Source: an uncultured delta proteobacterium
GTDB lineage: Bacteria; Desulfobacterota; Desulfuromonadia; Geobacterales; DSM-12255
DNA length: 64,000 bases
Direction: 5' to 3'
Assembly (NCBI GenBank): GCA_963787125.1
Contig: CAWBBV010000011.1
Span: 1 to 64,000, forward strand
Every line of letters starts with the position of its first letter. Position 1 is the stretch's first letter. The notes beneath the pieces were generated by a model. That model saw nothing but the letters and a program-made list of their open reading frames with translations, was not told the origin of the DNA and searched no databases. The translations under genes and the position numbers were made by a program. Below, one piece after another: positions 8,504 to 18,430 of this stretch.

Positions 8504-11500
8504 CTAATTCATTATCTTAGGTGTAATAAATATAAGCATCTCGTTTTTGGTCTTGCTCTTCGCATTTGACTTGAACATCCAGCCAAGCATTGGGATATCT
8601 GAGAGATAGGGTACGCCAGTGTCACCTTCCGTCTCCGAATCAACATAAATACCACCGATGACGGTTGTCTCTCCATTTTTAACAACAAGCTCAGTTGTCG
8701 CCTCTTTCTTGTTTATGGGCGGTGGCGAACCGACGCCGGCAGTATTGTTACTCGCTTTTATCTTCATATTAACGCTACCGTCAGCTGTTATGTGCGGAGT
8801 TACTTCAAGGCTTAAAGCAGCTTCAATAAACTCTGTTTTGGCACCGTCTGTTGAGCTGGTGTTCTGATAAGGTATCATCTGCCCTTGGGATATCTTGGCA
8901 GCCTTATTATTGACTGTCAGCACCTTCGGTGTCGATATTATCTTTACCTGTCCGACCGTAGATGCCGCTGAAAGCCTCATATCCAGCTGTATATTGCTGA
9001 GCAGTTTACCAAAACCTATTCCGGCAGCCACGCCACCTGTAGTTGTCGTGGGTAAAACCAGTGAGGTCACACCACCCATAGAACCGGATACGTTGTTTAC
9101 GTTAGCAACCGAAGCGCTGCCGTCCTGGTAGCCGAAATTCCATTTAACCCCGATATCACGGGCAAAGTTAGAAGATGCCTCGACTATCCTTGCTTCGATC
9201 ATGACTTGCTTCTCGGGAATATCCAGTTGATCCAGAAGCTTACGCATCTTGTTAATATTAGGATCGATATCGACGACGATAATTTTATTAGTTCGCGAGT
9301 CACTTGATATTGATGAATCCGATCGCTTGCTCTTCAGATTTTTGAACTGTGTTTCGATATCGCCAATAGTTGCAAAATTAATATCAAAGATAACTGTAGA
9401 GAGCGGCATTTTCTTCTCTTCCGTGAAACGCATCTCGATTGCTTCATCATCAAGCGACTTCATCTTTGTCTTTGGCCTGATCTGAACAATGTTCCCTTCT
9501 CTCTGCATCCCTAAAGCCTTGTTCTCAAGAATTACATCAAGAGCTTGATCCCATGGCACATTAACAAGCTTGAGACTGATTGTTCCAGTCACATCATCGG
9601 ATACCAGGAAGTTCTGATTACTTACCTCTGCAAGAAGCTGGAAGATTTTTCTTATATCAGCATCGGAAAATTCAAGGGTTACTTTCCGCCCGCTATAAAC
9701 CTTTCCCGACCTTGTAACCGGTTGGGATGCCTTCTCCAGCATGAAAGCCTCTTCCATTGATTTGTCTGTTTTGCTTTTATTCGTCTCCGTTCTGACATCA
9801 GGAACATCTTTATCAAGAGTCAGTGTTGGCAATATTTGTGGAGACGCTTTAGCTGCTTTGGTTACTTTGACAGACTTTGATGCCTTGTTAATCTTTACCG
9901 GTTCCTTGAAATCCCATTGAAAAATATCACCGTCTCTTCGCAGGGTGTTTGCTACTGAACCTCGCAGGTTAACGGCAATTCTTGCTTGAGGAACGGCTCC
10001 GCTCTTCACACTGAAAGGAGCAATAGTTTTGATCACACTCTCAAAGCCTTTCGTATCAAGTTCTCTTTGAAGACTGACCGGCAGTCGGCAGCCTTTAAGC
10101 GTCAATGAAAGTCCTTTCACTGTTTTAACCGGCTCAAGCGCAACGCAGTTACCGCTGGTTCTGACAGTTATTCTTGAGATTCCATCGGCCTGGGTAAACT
10201 CAACCGCCTCGACAGTCCCACTAAGCGGCTTTTTTACAACAGTTTTAGTCGTAGATGATTGCTTTTCCGTAACCGGCTTTTCAATCTTTACCGGTTCCTG
10301 ACTGGCTACTACTGACTCGGTCTTTGCTGCAGCTTTTGGCGCAGGTGTTGGCGCAGGTGTTGGCGCAGGTGTTGGCGCAGGTGTTGGCGCAGGTGTTGGC
10401 GCAGGTGTTGGCGCAGGTGTTGGCGCAGGTGTTGGTGCAGGTGTTGGTGCAGGTGTTGGTGCAGGTGTTGGTGCAGGTGTTGGTGCAGGTGTTGGCACAG
10501 GTGTTGGCACAGGTGTTGGCACAGGTGTTGGCACAGGTGTTGGCACAGGTGTTGGCACAGGTGTTGGCACAGGTGTTGGCACAGGTGTTGGCACAGGTGT
10601 TGGCACAGGTGTTGGCACAGGTGTTGGCACAGGTGTTGGCACAGGTGTTGGCACAGGTGTTGGCACAGGTGTTGGCACAGGTGTTGGCACAGGTGTTGGC
10701 ACAGGTGCAGGTGTTGGTGCAACTATAGGCTCAGCAGGAATAGCAGCTGTTTCCATAACAGGCACTGCAGCCTCCACTTTAACAGCTTCCTGTTTTTCAG
10801 CTTTCCCAAAGACTGCTACCTCAGGCACAACTCCTTTTTTTTCAGCTCCGGAGGCGCTGTCCACAGACTCCTGTTTCTTGTTTACGAAAGCAATCAATAG
10901 TCCTGAACTGCTTTTTGCCACCGAATAATGAGGAATGGGTCCGAGTGAATCAAAAACTACCCTGAGTTTATCCGCTGAAACGCCAATTCGTGCGTTGCCA
11001 AGATTGAATGCTTTAATGTCAACAACTTTTAAGCTCATTGCACTTCTTGTTTTAGGAATATCGATAACAAGCCGCTCCGGCTGTGACAGCTTGAAAGCTT
11101 TATAAGAGTCAGCCTCAGCAGAAAGTTCAAGCATAAGCCCGTCATCAATCTTCTTGATAGCAGTAAGTGACCTTACTCCAGGCTTTATTATTGTTGCAAC
11201 TCCTGACGGCTGCAAAGTCTTGGATTTAGCGACGTTAAGCGGCTCCACTTTTGTTTGTGATGCCTCTTCCTTTACTATTTCAGCCTTTACAGGCTCAGTT
11301 GCCAGTACACTGCTGGCGACTAGATCCTTACTCTCAGCTTTCACCGCTTCCTTAGCTGTGACTGGGGGTTCTGGATTGGATGTCGCCTGTTTTTCTGCAA
11401 CCACCAAAGGCTCAACAACGGGTACAGCAGCCGTAACATTATCCAATTTGGGTGCCTGAACACTTACTGCTGACTCCATCTTATCAGCAACTACCGCATC

Positions 11501-11959
11501 CTGCTTGCCAGTAGCAGTAAAAGGAATTGTAATAACAAGTTTCTTCTTTTCCAACGGATCAAGCTGAGCGGAAATTTCACTCTTTCCATTAAGCGAAATG
11601 TCTATGCGGCTTAACACGCCGCTACCAAATTCATGTTTCGCAACTTCTATCCGCTTCACAGCGCCTTTGTTAATATCAAGTGGGAAAGGCTGCGGACCGG
11701 GAGCTGTCTGGGCAAGATCTACTATCACCCTTGGCGGATTTTCCAGCATGTAGTAGGTGTAAACAATCTGCCTGTCAGATATGATTTCGATTCGCGTCCC
11801 GTCATCAGTAACGGTGACGCTCTGTATCTGCGCAGTTGCAGACACATCGGGAGCTGGTTCAGCCTGAACTGATTTCATCTGCTGAGCACAGCCGAATGAT
11901 AACGACAGGATAAGCAGAATGAACGTTCGCAGAACTATTCTGATTTGGCTTTTTGTCAT
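8504..11959 (-). CDS. pilQ: Type IV pilus secretin PilQ with AMIN-like domains and a long Pro/Thr linker
   Basis: C-terminal secretin motifs ([47 protein letters not shown]), lipobox LSFGC, position after pilMNOP. Confidence 0.95.
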   Translation of the reverse strand: MTKSQIRIVLRTFILLILSLSFGCAQQMKSVQAEPAPDVSATAQIQSVTVTDDGTRIEIISDRQIVYTYYMLENPPRVIVDLAQTAPGPQPFPLDINKGAVKRIEVAKHEFGSGVLSRIDISLNGKSEISAQLDPLEKKKLVITIPFTATGKQDAVVADKMESAVSVQAPKLDNVTAAVPVVEPLVVAEKQATSNPEPPVTAKEAVKAESKDLVASSVLATEPVKAEIVKEEASQTKVEPLNVAKSKTLQPSGVATIIKPGVRSLTAIKKIDDGLMLELSAEADSYKAFKLSQPERLVIDIPKTRSAMSLKVVDIKAFNLGNARIGVSADKLRVVFDSLGPIPHYSVAKSSSGLLIAFVNKKQESVDSASGAEKKGVVPEVAVFGKAEKQEAVKVEAAVPVMETAAIPAEPIVAPTPAPVPTPVPTPVPTPVPTPVPTPVPTPVPTPVPTPVPTPVPTPVPTPVPTPVPTPVPTPVPTPVPTPVPTPVPTPAPTPAPTPAPTPAPTPAPTPAPTPAPTPAPTPAPTPAPTPAPTPAPTPAPKAAAKTESVVASQEPVKIEKPVTEKQSSTTKTVVKKPLSGTVEAVEFTQADGISRITVRTSGNCVALEPVKTVKGLSLTLKGCRLPVSLQRELDTKGFESVIKTIAPFSVKSGAVPQARIAVNLRGSVANTLRRDGDIFQWDFKEPVKINKASKSVKVTKAAKASPQILPTLTLDKDVPDVRTETNKSKTDKSMEEAFMLEKASQPVTRSGKVYSGRKVTLEFSDADIRKIFQLLAEVSNQNFLVSDDVTGTISLKLVNVPWDQALDVILENKALGMQREGNIVQIRPKTKMKSLDDEAIEMRFTEEKKMPLSTVIFDINFATIGDIETQFKNLKSKRSDSSISSDSRTNKIIVVDIDPNINKMRKLLDQLDIPEKQVMIEARIVEASSNFARDIGVKWNFGYQDGSASVANVNNVSGSMGGVTSLVLPTTTTGGVAAGIGFGKLLSNIQLDMRLSAASTVGQVKIISTPKVLTVNNKAAKISQGQMIPYQNTSSTDGAKTEFIEAALSLEVTPHITADGSVNMKIKASNNTAGVGSPPPINKKEATTELVVKNGETTVIGGIYVDSETEGDTGVPYLSDIPMLGWMFKSNAKSKTKNEMLIFITPKIMN
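10337..10720. repeat. 12-bp tandem repeat in pilQ encoding (TPVP)n(TPAP)n, about 30 full units in three homogeneous blocks
   Basis: Plus strand: 8x tggcgcaggtgt, 5x tggtgcaggtgt, 17x tggcacaggtgt, then a degenerate end. Confidence 0.95.
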
Positions 11960-11968
11960 TGATAACTC

Positions 11969-12616
11969 CTACTTTTTCCTTAATAGCATCAGCTTAACCA
12001 GTCTTTTTCTAACCCGACCATTGTCATCTCTGAAAGATTCCTCAACTTCTACAACAGTGTCAGTTATTTTTTTAACATAACCGTCATTGTTGCCTATCTG
12101 CATCCCTTCTTTAACAACATATCCCTTACCACTCGGGTCGATAACAAGCGCACTGTTCGCCTTGAGTCCGGTTACTATGCCCGAAACCTTAAATTTTTCA
12201 GTGTCGAAGCTTTGAATAGGAAGCTGATCTTTGATTCTGATTTTTCCGGATTTGCCTGCAGAAGCACTTTGTGGTGTCGGTGCTTGCGCAAATGGCTTGA
12301 AAGGATCGCGCCTGCTCGTAAAATCGAGATCAACACTCCCTGCCGGCTTTAGCCGCTTTGAAGTTGATACCTGGCTTTGCACAAGACTCTTTGCTGCGCT
12401 CTTCCTGGCTGACGAGAGAGCGGGCTGTAAAGGCTTTATGGGGACAACTGCATTTACTCCAGCGCCTTGCTGTGTTTTAGGTGGCAACGGCTTAGTCTGC
12501 GGCGGTCGTAGCGGAGGAGTCTCCTTCTTGCATCCTGGCAATATTATGGCCAGCAGTACAATAAAGAGAAGTCCACACCTTAAGAAAGAGGATAAGTTAC
12601 TTCTTCTTTTTATCAT
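11969..12616 (-). CDS. pilP: Type IV pilus assembly lipoprotein PilP
   Basis: Lipobox LPGC, 'RRDPFKP' and 'ALVIDPSGKGYVVKEGMQIGNNDG' motifs. Start taken at MIKRRS (12616), overlapping the pilO end. Confidence 0.9.
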   Translation of the reverse strand: MIKRRSNLSSFLRCGLLFIVLLAIILPGCKKETPPLRPPQTKPLPPKTQQGAGVNAVVPIKPLQPALSSARKSAAKSLVQSQVSTSKRLKPAGSVDLDFTSRRDPFKPFAQAPTPQSASAGKSGKIRIKDQLPIQSFDTEKFKVSGIVTGLKANSALVIDPSGKGYVVKEGMQIGNNDGYVKKITDTVVEVEESFRDDNGRVRKRLVKLMLLRKK

Positions 12617-13205
12617 CCTTGGAATCCTTGGTTTCGCTCTTATCGAGGAATCTGAAAGTTGTAGCCTGGCAGGATACCTTGAGAAGGTTTCGCCCTCTAT
12701 CGTTGCGAATGTCGCTAAAAGCAACATTACTTATATTTACTATTCGCGGCAGATTACTAACTGCCACAAAGAAGTTTGCGATTCCGACATAAGCCCCTGA
12801 AACGACTATATCAACAGGAACTTCCGCATAAAACTCCTTCGGTGTCTCACCCTTTGGCCTGAAGGTGAGGAAATCAAGCCCTGCTGATTTTCCGGCACTC
12901 GTTATCGTTGTAAGTAGAGACGGGATCTCTTTTGAATTGGGAAGCTCCGTAAGAGCATTATCAAGGTCTTTTTTTAATCCTTCAAACTCAGCTTTGAACT
13001 TGGGAAGATTATTCGCAAGCTTGCGTGTTTCAGCAACATCCGCACGGATCTTGTCCAGTTTCGCCTGATGGGTTTTCAGCTCATCAAGTTTTGGCTTTTC
13101 CATACCGAAGAAAAAGCCCGCGCCGGTAGTTATCAATAAAAGCAGCAGAACAGCTAATTTCTGCTTCATCGGAAGATTTATGATTTTTTCTACTTGCGGA
13201 TGCAT
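12597..13205 (-). CDS. pilO: Type IV pilus assembly protein PilO
   Basis: TM segment, coiled coil and 'LPNSKEIPSLL..FYAEVPV..LPRIVNI'; gene order. Confidence 0.92.
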   Translation of the reverse strand: MHPQVEKIINLPMKQKLAVLLLLLITTGAGFFFGMEKPKLDELKTHQAKLDKIRADVAETRKLANNLPKFKAEFEGLKKDLDNALTELPNSKEIPSLLTTITSAGKSAGLDFLTFRPKGETPKEFYAEVPVDIVVSGAYVGIANFFVAVSNLPRIVNISNVAFSDIRNDRGRNLLKVSCQATTFRFLDKSETKDSKDDKKKK

Positions 13206-13241
13206 AGTAAGTCCTTGTCTAGTTGGCTTCGCGCATCTATT

Positions 13242-13820
13242 TTATTTTTTGGGAGGCTCTTTTGGAGACTCCTCCTTTTTGTCAAACTTGATCACACAGG
13301 CAAGATCGAATTTTTTAAGTTTTACGCCGTTGAGTTCTTGCTGTTCTGAAACTTGCAGTTCCACATTCCCAAACTCTTTTGAAGCCTGGATGCTCCTCAT
13401 AAACTCAGCTATAAGCTCCTCGCTGTAGGCAAGACCTGAGATTGACACGCTTACACCACTTTCCTGATATCTTGTCAGCCACATTTTTTCAGGGACAATG
13501 TCGCTCATCCTTGCAAGTCTTATTGCCGGGCCACTTTTCTCTTTCCTTAACTGATTCAGGATATCAAGTTTCTTCTGAGCCTCGGCTTGCAGTTTTTTAA
13601 GATTGTCAATCTCACCGATTTTTTTCTTCAGATCAGCCAACTCTTGTTCTGACCTGGTAGCCTCGTTTTGGGTAGAACGAATTTTCCCGAGCGTCACAGA
13701 ATAGGCCACCACCATAGCGACTAACGCAAAGAGTAAAACAGCCGCCATGATGACAAGTTGCTGATTAGCAGTCTCTTTTTTCTTTGACGCCCGGTAAGGA
13801 AGTAGATTAATTCTAATCAT
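13242..13820 (-). CDS. pilN: Type IV pilus assembly protein PilN
   Basis: N-terminal MIRINLLP PilM-binding motif. Confidence 0.95.
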   Translation of the reverse strand: MIRINLLPYRASKKKETANQQLVIMAAVLLFALVAMVVAYSVTLGKIRSTQNEATRSEQELADLKKKIGEIDNLKKLQAEAQKKLDILNQLRKEKSGPAIRLARMSDIVPEKMWLTRYQESGVSVSISGLAYSEELIAEFMRSIQASKEFGNVELQVSEQQELNGVKLKKFDLACVIKFDKKEESPKEPPKK

Positions 13821-14872
13821 TTGTCGCCGAGCCTCCTTGACGCAAGTCCGACAGCAACAGTCATGATAGGTTGAATTTCATCAAGAAACTCTCTCTCGAA
13901 CTTTTTCTCATCGAATTTTATCCGATTAAATGGATTAATAATTTCGACGGGAAGATTCAGCCGCACGCTTACCGATTCGACAAGGTTATAGGTTTTACAA
14001 CCACCACCAGACATGAAAACTTTGGTTATCCTCCCTTCAATGGCATTGGAGTTGTAAAAATCGAGGGAACGTCTGATTTCGAGGGATAGGGTTTCATTTA
14101 CTCTTGCAATAGATTCCAGAAGTTCTGCCGAAGATGATTGCAGAGCAGAAAGCTTCAATTTCTCTGCATCTTCGCTGCTTACGGCCAGTTTTTTCTGGAT
14201 CTCTTCAGTGTAGAGCCCTCCGCCCATCTGCACATCACGGGTAAACAGGGAAACCCCACTCTTTACAACATTAAGATTCATCATATTCGCCCCGATGTTT
14301 ACAAGGGCATAAACCTCTTCCGGATCAAGATCATAATTCATCTCAAAAGCATTCTGAACCGCGAAGACATCAACGTCTACCAGAACCAGTTTGAGTCCGG
14401 CTTCGGCAAATACGGACTGATAATCATTGACGATATCTTTTTTGCTCGCGACAAGAAGAACATACATCCGTGAAGGATCATTTTCGTCCGGTTCCAACAT
14501 CTGGAAATCGATATTAACATCGTTTATGTCAAACGGGATGTACTGCTCAGCTTCCCATTGAATCTCCTCTTCAAGCTCCTCAGAAGACATCGCCGGCAGA
14601 GCAATCTTCCGTATAATGACTGAATTGCCTGACACTGAACTGGCAGCGTCCTTGAGAGTTTTAATACCTAGGCCCTCAAACAGGGATTTCAGCCCGTCAA
14701 CCACAGCGGAGCTATCCATAAGCGAGTTGTCTACTATCGCCTCTGAAGGGAGTGGCGCAATACCAATGATCTCGACTTCATAGGCCCCTCTTCCCCCTTT
14801 AAGCTTAATGAGCTTTATGGAGGTTGAGCCGATGTCAATCCCGATTAAATCTTTCTTTTTGCTAAAAAACAT
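13817..14872 (-). CDS. pilM: Type IV pilus assembly protein PilM (actin-like)
   Basis: GIDIGSTSIK, EAEQYIPF, SGGG and AVGLASR motifs. Confidence 0.95.
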   Translation of the reverse strand: MFFSKKKDLIGIDIGSTSIKLIKLKGGRGAYEVEIIGIAPLPSEAIVDNSLMDSSAVVDGLKSLFEGLGIKTLKDAASSVSGNSVIIRKIALPAMSSEELEEEIQWEAEQYIPFDINDVNIDFQMLEPDENDPSRMYVLLVASKKDIVNDYQSVFAEAGLKLVLVDVDVFAVQNAFEMNYDLDPEEVYALVNIGANMMNLNVVKSGVSLFTRDVQMGGGLYTEEIQKKLAVSSEDAEKLKLSALQSSSAELLESIARVNETLSLEIRRSLDFYNSNAIEGRITKVFMSGGGCKTYNLVESVSVRLNLPVEIINPFNRIKFDEKKFEREFLDEIQPIMTVAVGLASRRLGDK

Positions 14873-14892
14873 GGTCTGTTCCTGTCCGCTTA

Positions 14893-15093
14893 TTAGTTCT
14901 GAAAGACCTTCTCCCTGTCTGCCAGAGCAAAACCAAGGGCAAGAATTATCTTCCGCTTGGTTTCAACACGACACAACTCTCCACGCTCTATCCGGTCGAT
15001 TGTTACTGCAGAAACACCGGCGAGTCGCGCCAGCTCAGCCTTGCTCATAAGCTTAGCTTCCCGTAAACTCTTAAGATTGTTTTTTTCTTTCAT
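14893..15093 (-). CDS. XRE/Cro-family helix-turn-helix regulator
   Basis: 'LKSLREAKLMSKAELARLAGVSAVTIDRIERG' is an XRE-type HTH. Start at MKEKNN (15093); alternative start 15126. Confidence 0.88.
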   Translation of the reverse strand: MKEKNNLKSLREAKLMSKAELARLAGVSAVTIDRIERGELCRVETKRKIILALGFALADREKVFQN

Positions 15094-15168
15094 GTCGGCA
15101 CGATCCAAATTCTTATAGAATTTCACATCATGTCGTGGAAATTACAGTAAATCAAAGTTTTGTCAAGG

Positions 15169-15202
15169 AATTTGACATAATTATATTAAATTATGTCAAA
15201 TT
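15169..15202. promoter_or_regulatory. 14-bp perfect inverted repeat (candidate operator) containing TTGACA hexamers, upstream of XRE-pilMNOPQ
   Basis: aatttgacataatt-N6-aattatgtcaaatt. An adjacent minus-strand TTGACA (15166-15161) has TAATTT 16 nt downstream. Confidence 0.6.
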
Positions 15203-15272
15203 ATATAAAATAATGGAATATTTAATTAAATTGATACTGAATTTGTAGCCAACTTTATCGATACATAGACGC

Positions 15273-15390
15273 AAAAAAGCCGGATACCTTATATCTTTTG
15301 ATGGATATTTCGGCAACCCGGCTGTCTGCTTGAGACCCTGTAGGCTTTCCGCCCCATCCTCGCAGATGGTTGAGTATTGTCGGTTATCTA
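15273..15390 (-). ncRNA. c-di-GMP-I (GEMM-I) class riboswitch, GEMM-Ib/c-AMP-GMP-type variant, with intrinsic terminator
   Basis: Minus strand reads cgACAATACTCAACCATCTGCGAGGATGGGGCGGAAAGCCTACAGGGTCTCAAGCAGACAGCCGGGTTGCCGAAATATC, matching Geobacter GEMM-I aptamers. It has A rather than G in the 'ACAA' ligand-discriminating position and is followed by ..GGTATCCGGC-TTTTTT. Confidence 0.88.
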
Positions 15391-15465
15391 TTGTGAATTT
15401 AATTCAATAAACATCAAAAAGTCAATTACTATCAGTTAACGGTTAATTAACATGCCTATTTAGGC

Positions 15466-16140
15466 TCAATAGGCATAAAGCATCGTAACATTTGACTTCT
15501 CATTCAAGTTGGCTTGAGGTTGCCCCTGAACTTCGATCCGGTACCCATAAGGTATATGCACCATAGAAACCTGCGATCCACCGGCTTTACTGTAAGAAGA
15601 GCCGGAAGCAGAAATAAGTCCCTCACCGTCACTCGCGTTAGAGATAAGGGCACTTGTATCTGTATTTCCGGAAGAAGTGTCTACAATTTTTGCATAAACT
15701 TTATAATGCTGACCAGTTGCTGCACCTTTTAACAAAAAGGTAAGATCAGGGGTTCCCCTTATGGCCGACAACTGCATATCTTTTTGCTGTGCAGAACAAT
15801 TTGTCCAGCGAGATGTCGGCGAACTTAATTTTTGGGCTAAACAGTCATTGGATACCGGAACGGCTAAATTAACATTGGCATAACTATTCACAAGTTTAGT
15901 TGACATTCCACCGGATGATGAATAGTTCTTCCAAGCAGCGCCAATAAGATCAAAGGCTACCAGTTCAGCACCGCCATAGGTAGCTTCAGTAACATTACGA
16001 TATCTTTTAGTAGCTGCCGATATCTTGATTGACTGCGTAATCAGATAAAATAATGCCATTACTATCCCCATGGTTATCAATGTAAGCATTAGGGCAGTGA
16101 CTAAAGCAACACCCTTATTGTTAGACAGAATACTTTTCAT
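15466..16140 (-). CDS. pilX: Minor pilin PilX
   Basis: Prepilin cleavage KG|VALVTAL without Glu5, typical of PilX; last gene of the minor pilin operon. Confidence 0.85.
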   Translation of the reverse strand: MKSILSNNKGVALVTALMLTLITMGIVMALFYLITQSIKISAATKRYRNVTEATYGGAELVAFDLIGAAWKNYSSSGGMSTKLVNSYANVNLAVPVSNDCLAQKLSSPTSRWTNCSAQQKDMQLSAIRGTPDLTFLLKGAATGQHYKVYAKIVDTSSGNTDTSALISNASDGEGLISASGSSYSKAGGSQVSMVHIPYGYRIEVQGQPQANLNEKSNVTMLYAY

Positions 16141-16160
16141 CCTGATTACTCCGAGAATCA

Positions 16161-17522
16161 TCAATACAGCAAATTATACGGCTGACCAACTACTGAGTAA
16201 ACTTTCCAGCGATAATTTCTCCACTCAGGCCCAAAGAAATTAGTCATATCAGTAGCCGTGAACGTACGACCTAAACTTGCATTGCGATCATCCGACACTG
16301 AAATCACTTTATTAGCGTCAGTAACCGGATACTGATAAGTTCTATCAATACCACCCTCATGCACCAACAAATAAACCCTGATTGTCTTTAAGCGGCTACG
16401 AATATCCTCTGCTGTCAACCCCGCGAGGGTGCCTACTGTCATCGTTATATTAGCATCGGTCGGATGTTGTAAATTGAATATAACCTGCATATCACCGACA
16501 CAATCTATCAAGGGGTAATCAGTTTTCCCCCAGGAATGACCCTTATCAGACGAGACAAATTGGTTATTAATTACCGTCTTGTAAAGGATTCCTGTTCCTG
16601 GATTGCAATAAGCTGGCATGTCACTTACGCTTTTGACATAATAATCAGCCCTGTTAAACGGCATGCGGACAGTTTCGGTACTGCCTACAGCCAGTTTTTT
16701 GAGTGCATACACGACCAGCTTCTCGTTATTAATTTTTGCACCTAAAGGATCAACAATATTACCGCTAGGTTTATAATTGTTATCGGTCGGCAGAAAATTA
16801 CCGGCGGCATTTTGCCCCACAAGAGTATATGCAAAATTTGACGCATCCTGCATCGCTAACTGATGCTGGACCTGATTAGTTCCTGAGAAAGTATTGATAT
16901 GAGTAATAACAACTTCGTTAGCGGCGAAATCTTCAGCAGAATTAAATTTTGTAATATAGCTGTTATTACCTCCACTGCCAGAATAATTGACGTATCCCCA
17001 CTTACCAACTGCTGTATTAAACGCCACTGTCGACGATTTAATAACCAGATAAGCTGAGCCTGGGTTAGCATTCATCTTTGCCGACCCACTCGAATTTCTG
17101 GTCTGATATATAGTCGCCTGCGAAGCCGGAACGGTTCCCAGGACTACTGCCCTTGGAGGAACTGGTGTCAATGGAGACGCATCATTGTACATAGCGCGTG
17201 CATCATTAAAACTATCACCACTAAGACCTTTCACCGGATTATCTGGGCCATAGTCTGCTTCAAGATATGTTGTCGGGTCAGGAGTTATATTAAAAGACCA
17301 TGGCAGTCCATAACCAGCTGAGTTCAAATCTTTACGCAGTATTTCAAGCCCGACAATCCCTTCCATTTGGCTCTGGGCAGACTTGCTGAGACCAAGACTG
17401 ACTTTCAACACACTTTCAAACGCAGAGGCGCTGATCAGCAAAATAATTACAAAAAGCCCCATAACAATAATCAGTTCAGCAAGTGTAAATCCATTGACGT
17501 TTTTTATCTGCCTTACCATCAT
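16161..17522 (-). CDS. pilW: Minor pilin PilW
   Basis: NG|FTLAELIIV prepilin motif, 'LRKDLNSAGYG', C-terminal 'WRNYRWKVY'. Confidence 0.85.
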   Translation of the reverse strand: MMVRQIKNVNGFTLAELIIVMGLFVIILLISASAFESVLKVSLGLSKSAQSQMEGIVGLEILRKDLNSAGYGLPWSFNITPDPTTYLEADYGPDNPVKGLSGDSFNDARAMYNDASPLTPVPPRAVVLGTVPASQATIYQTRNSSGSAKMNANPGSAYLVIKSSTVAFNTAVGKWGYVNYSGSGGNNSYITKFNSAEDFAANEVVITHINTFSGTNQVQHQLAMQDASNFAYTLVGQNAAGNFLPTDNNYKPSGNIVDPLGAKINNEKLVVYALKKLAVGSTETVRMPFNRADYYVKSVSDMPAYCNPGTGILYKTVINNQFVSSDKGHSWGKTDYPLIDCVGDMQVIFNLQHPTDANITMTVGTLAGLTAEDIRSRLKTIRVYLLVHEGGIDRTYQYPVTDANKVISVSDDRNASLGRTFTATDMTNFFGPEWRNYRWKVYSVVGQPYNLLY

Positions 17523-17535
17523 TGATAATATTCCT

Positions 17536-17943
17536 TTAATAGGTCTTCAGAGTTGCAAACTCATGTTGCTTGCCATGCCCCTTGAAATTCCAGGAAACAA
17601 GTACAGTCAAAAGATTGGAGGAACCGCCTGTTGTGGAAGACGATAAAGTTGTCGTGTATTTTATTGCTTTCCCTCTCAGCTTACTATTCTGGGTAGTTAC
17701 GGTAGAAAGGCTCTGAAAAGGGAATGCAAAAGTGGCGGCCTTATTAGACTTTACAATACGCATCTGCTCATCTGCTATCTGCACCGCTTCATCTTTCAGG
17801 ATATTGTCAAAGTTCAGATCAATGGCCGTAGTCGTAGCAGAAAGCAGCGCCATCATGCCGAACATGAGGATAACAAAAGCTACCATCACCTCCAACAACG
17901 TAAACCCGTTATTCTTATTTAATGGTAATATTGTTACTCGCAC
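17536..17943 (-). CDS. pilV: Minor pilin PilV
   Basis: NG|FTLLEVMVAFVILMFGMMAL. Start probably GTG at 17943 (ORF track extends to 17988). Confidence 0.82.
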   Translation of the reverse strand: MRVTILPLNKNNGFTLLEVMVAFVILMFGMMALLSATTTAIDLNFDNILKDEAVQIADEQMRIVKSNKAATFAFPFQSLSTVTTQNSKLRGKAIKYTTTLSSSTTGGSSNLLTVLVSWNFKGHGKQHEFATLKTY

Positions 17944-18430
17944 TCGTGCAGTCCCCCTGAATCCCGTTACTAAAGTAAACTTTGCCAAGATGAACCCGTG
18001 TAGAAAAGACTACGATGCTGTCTACCTGGGCATTCTCAACCGTGGGCTTGACACAAATCGAAATATTACCATTATTCGCCAAGTCGAACGCGCCTTGCTC
18101 ATTAAATATTATCATCATTTCAGTTTCACTTAATGCTTTACCAGTCCAGGTGATAGGCTTCGATAAATTCTTTACTACCGTGCCGCCGCCACCTGAAATT
18201 GAAGAGTAAAACGTGAATGCGGTAGGTGTCATTTTCACAATTTTGGTTTTTTGCTGTGTTATGGCAGCGGTTCTAATCGCCATGAATTCAGCGTATAACT
18301 CCCTTGTCTGCCGCTCGATTGCACCTTTAGTGACATACGAATTGAACTGGAGCGAACCAGTAGCGAGTATAATTCCGACTATAGTAAGAGTCACAAGAAT
18401 CTCTATAAGTGAAAACCCACTGTTGTTCAT
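17915..18430 (-). CDS. fimU: Minor pilin FimU/FimT
   Basis: SG|FSLIEILVTL, then 'RELYAEFMAIRTAAI' typical of FimT/FimU. Confidence 0.85.
   Translation of the reverse strand: MNNSGFSLIEILVTLTIVGIILATGSLQFNSYVTKGAIERQTRELYAEFMAIRTAAITQQKTKIVKMTPTAFTFYSSISGGGGTVVKNLSKPITWTGKALSETEMMIIFNEQGAFDLANNGNISICVKPTVENAQVDSIVVFSTRVHLGKVYFSNGIQGDCTSASNNITIK

Noticed and set aside
10309..10728. (CQHL)n and (AQVL)n ORFs
   Set aside because: Alternative frames of the 12-bp pilQ repeat.
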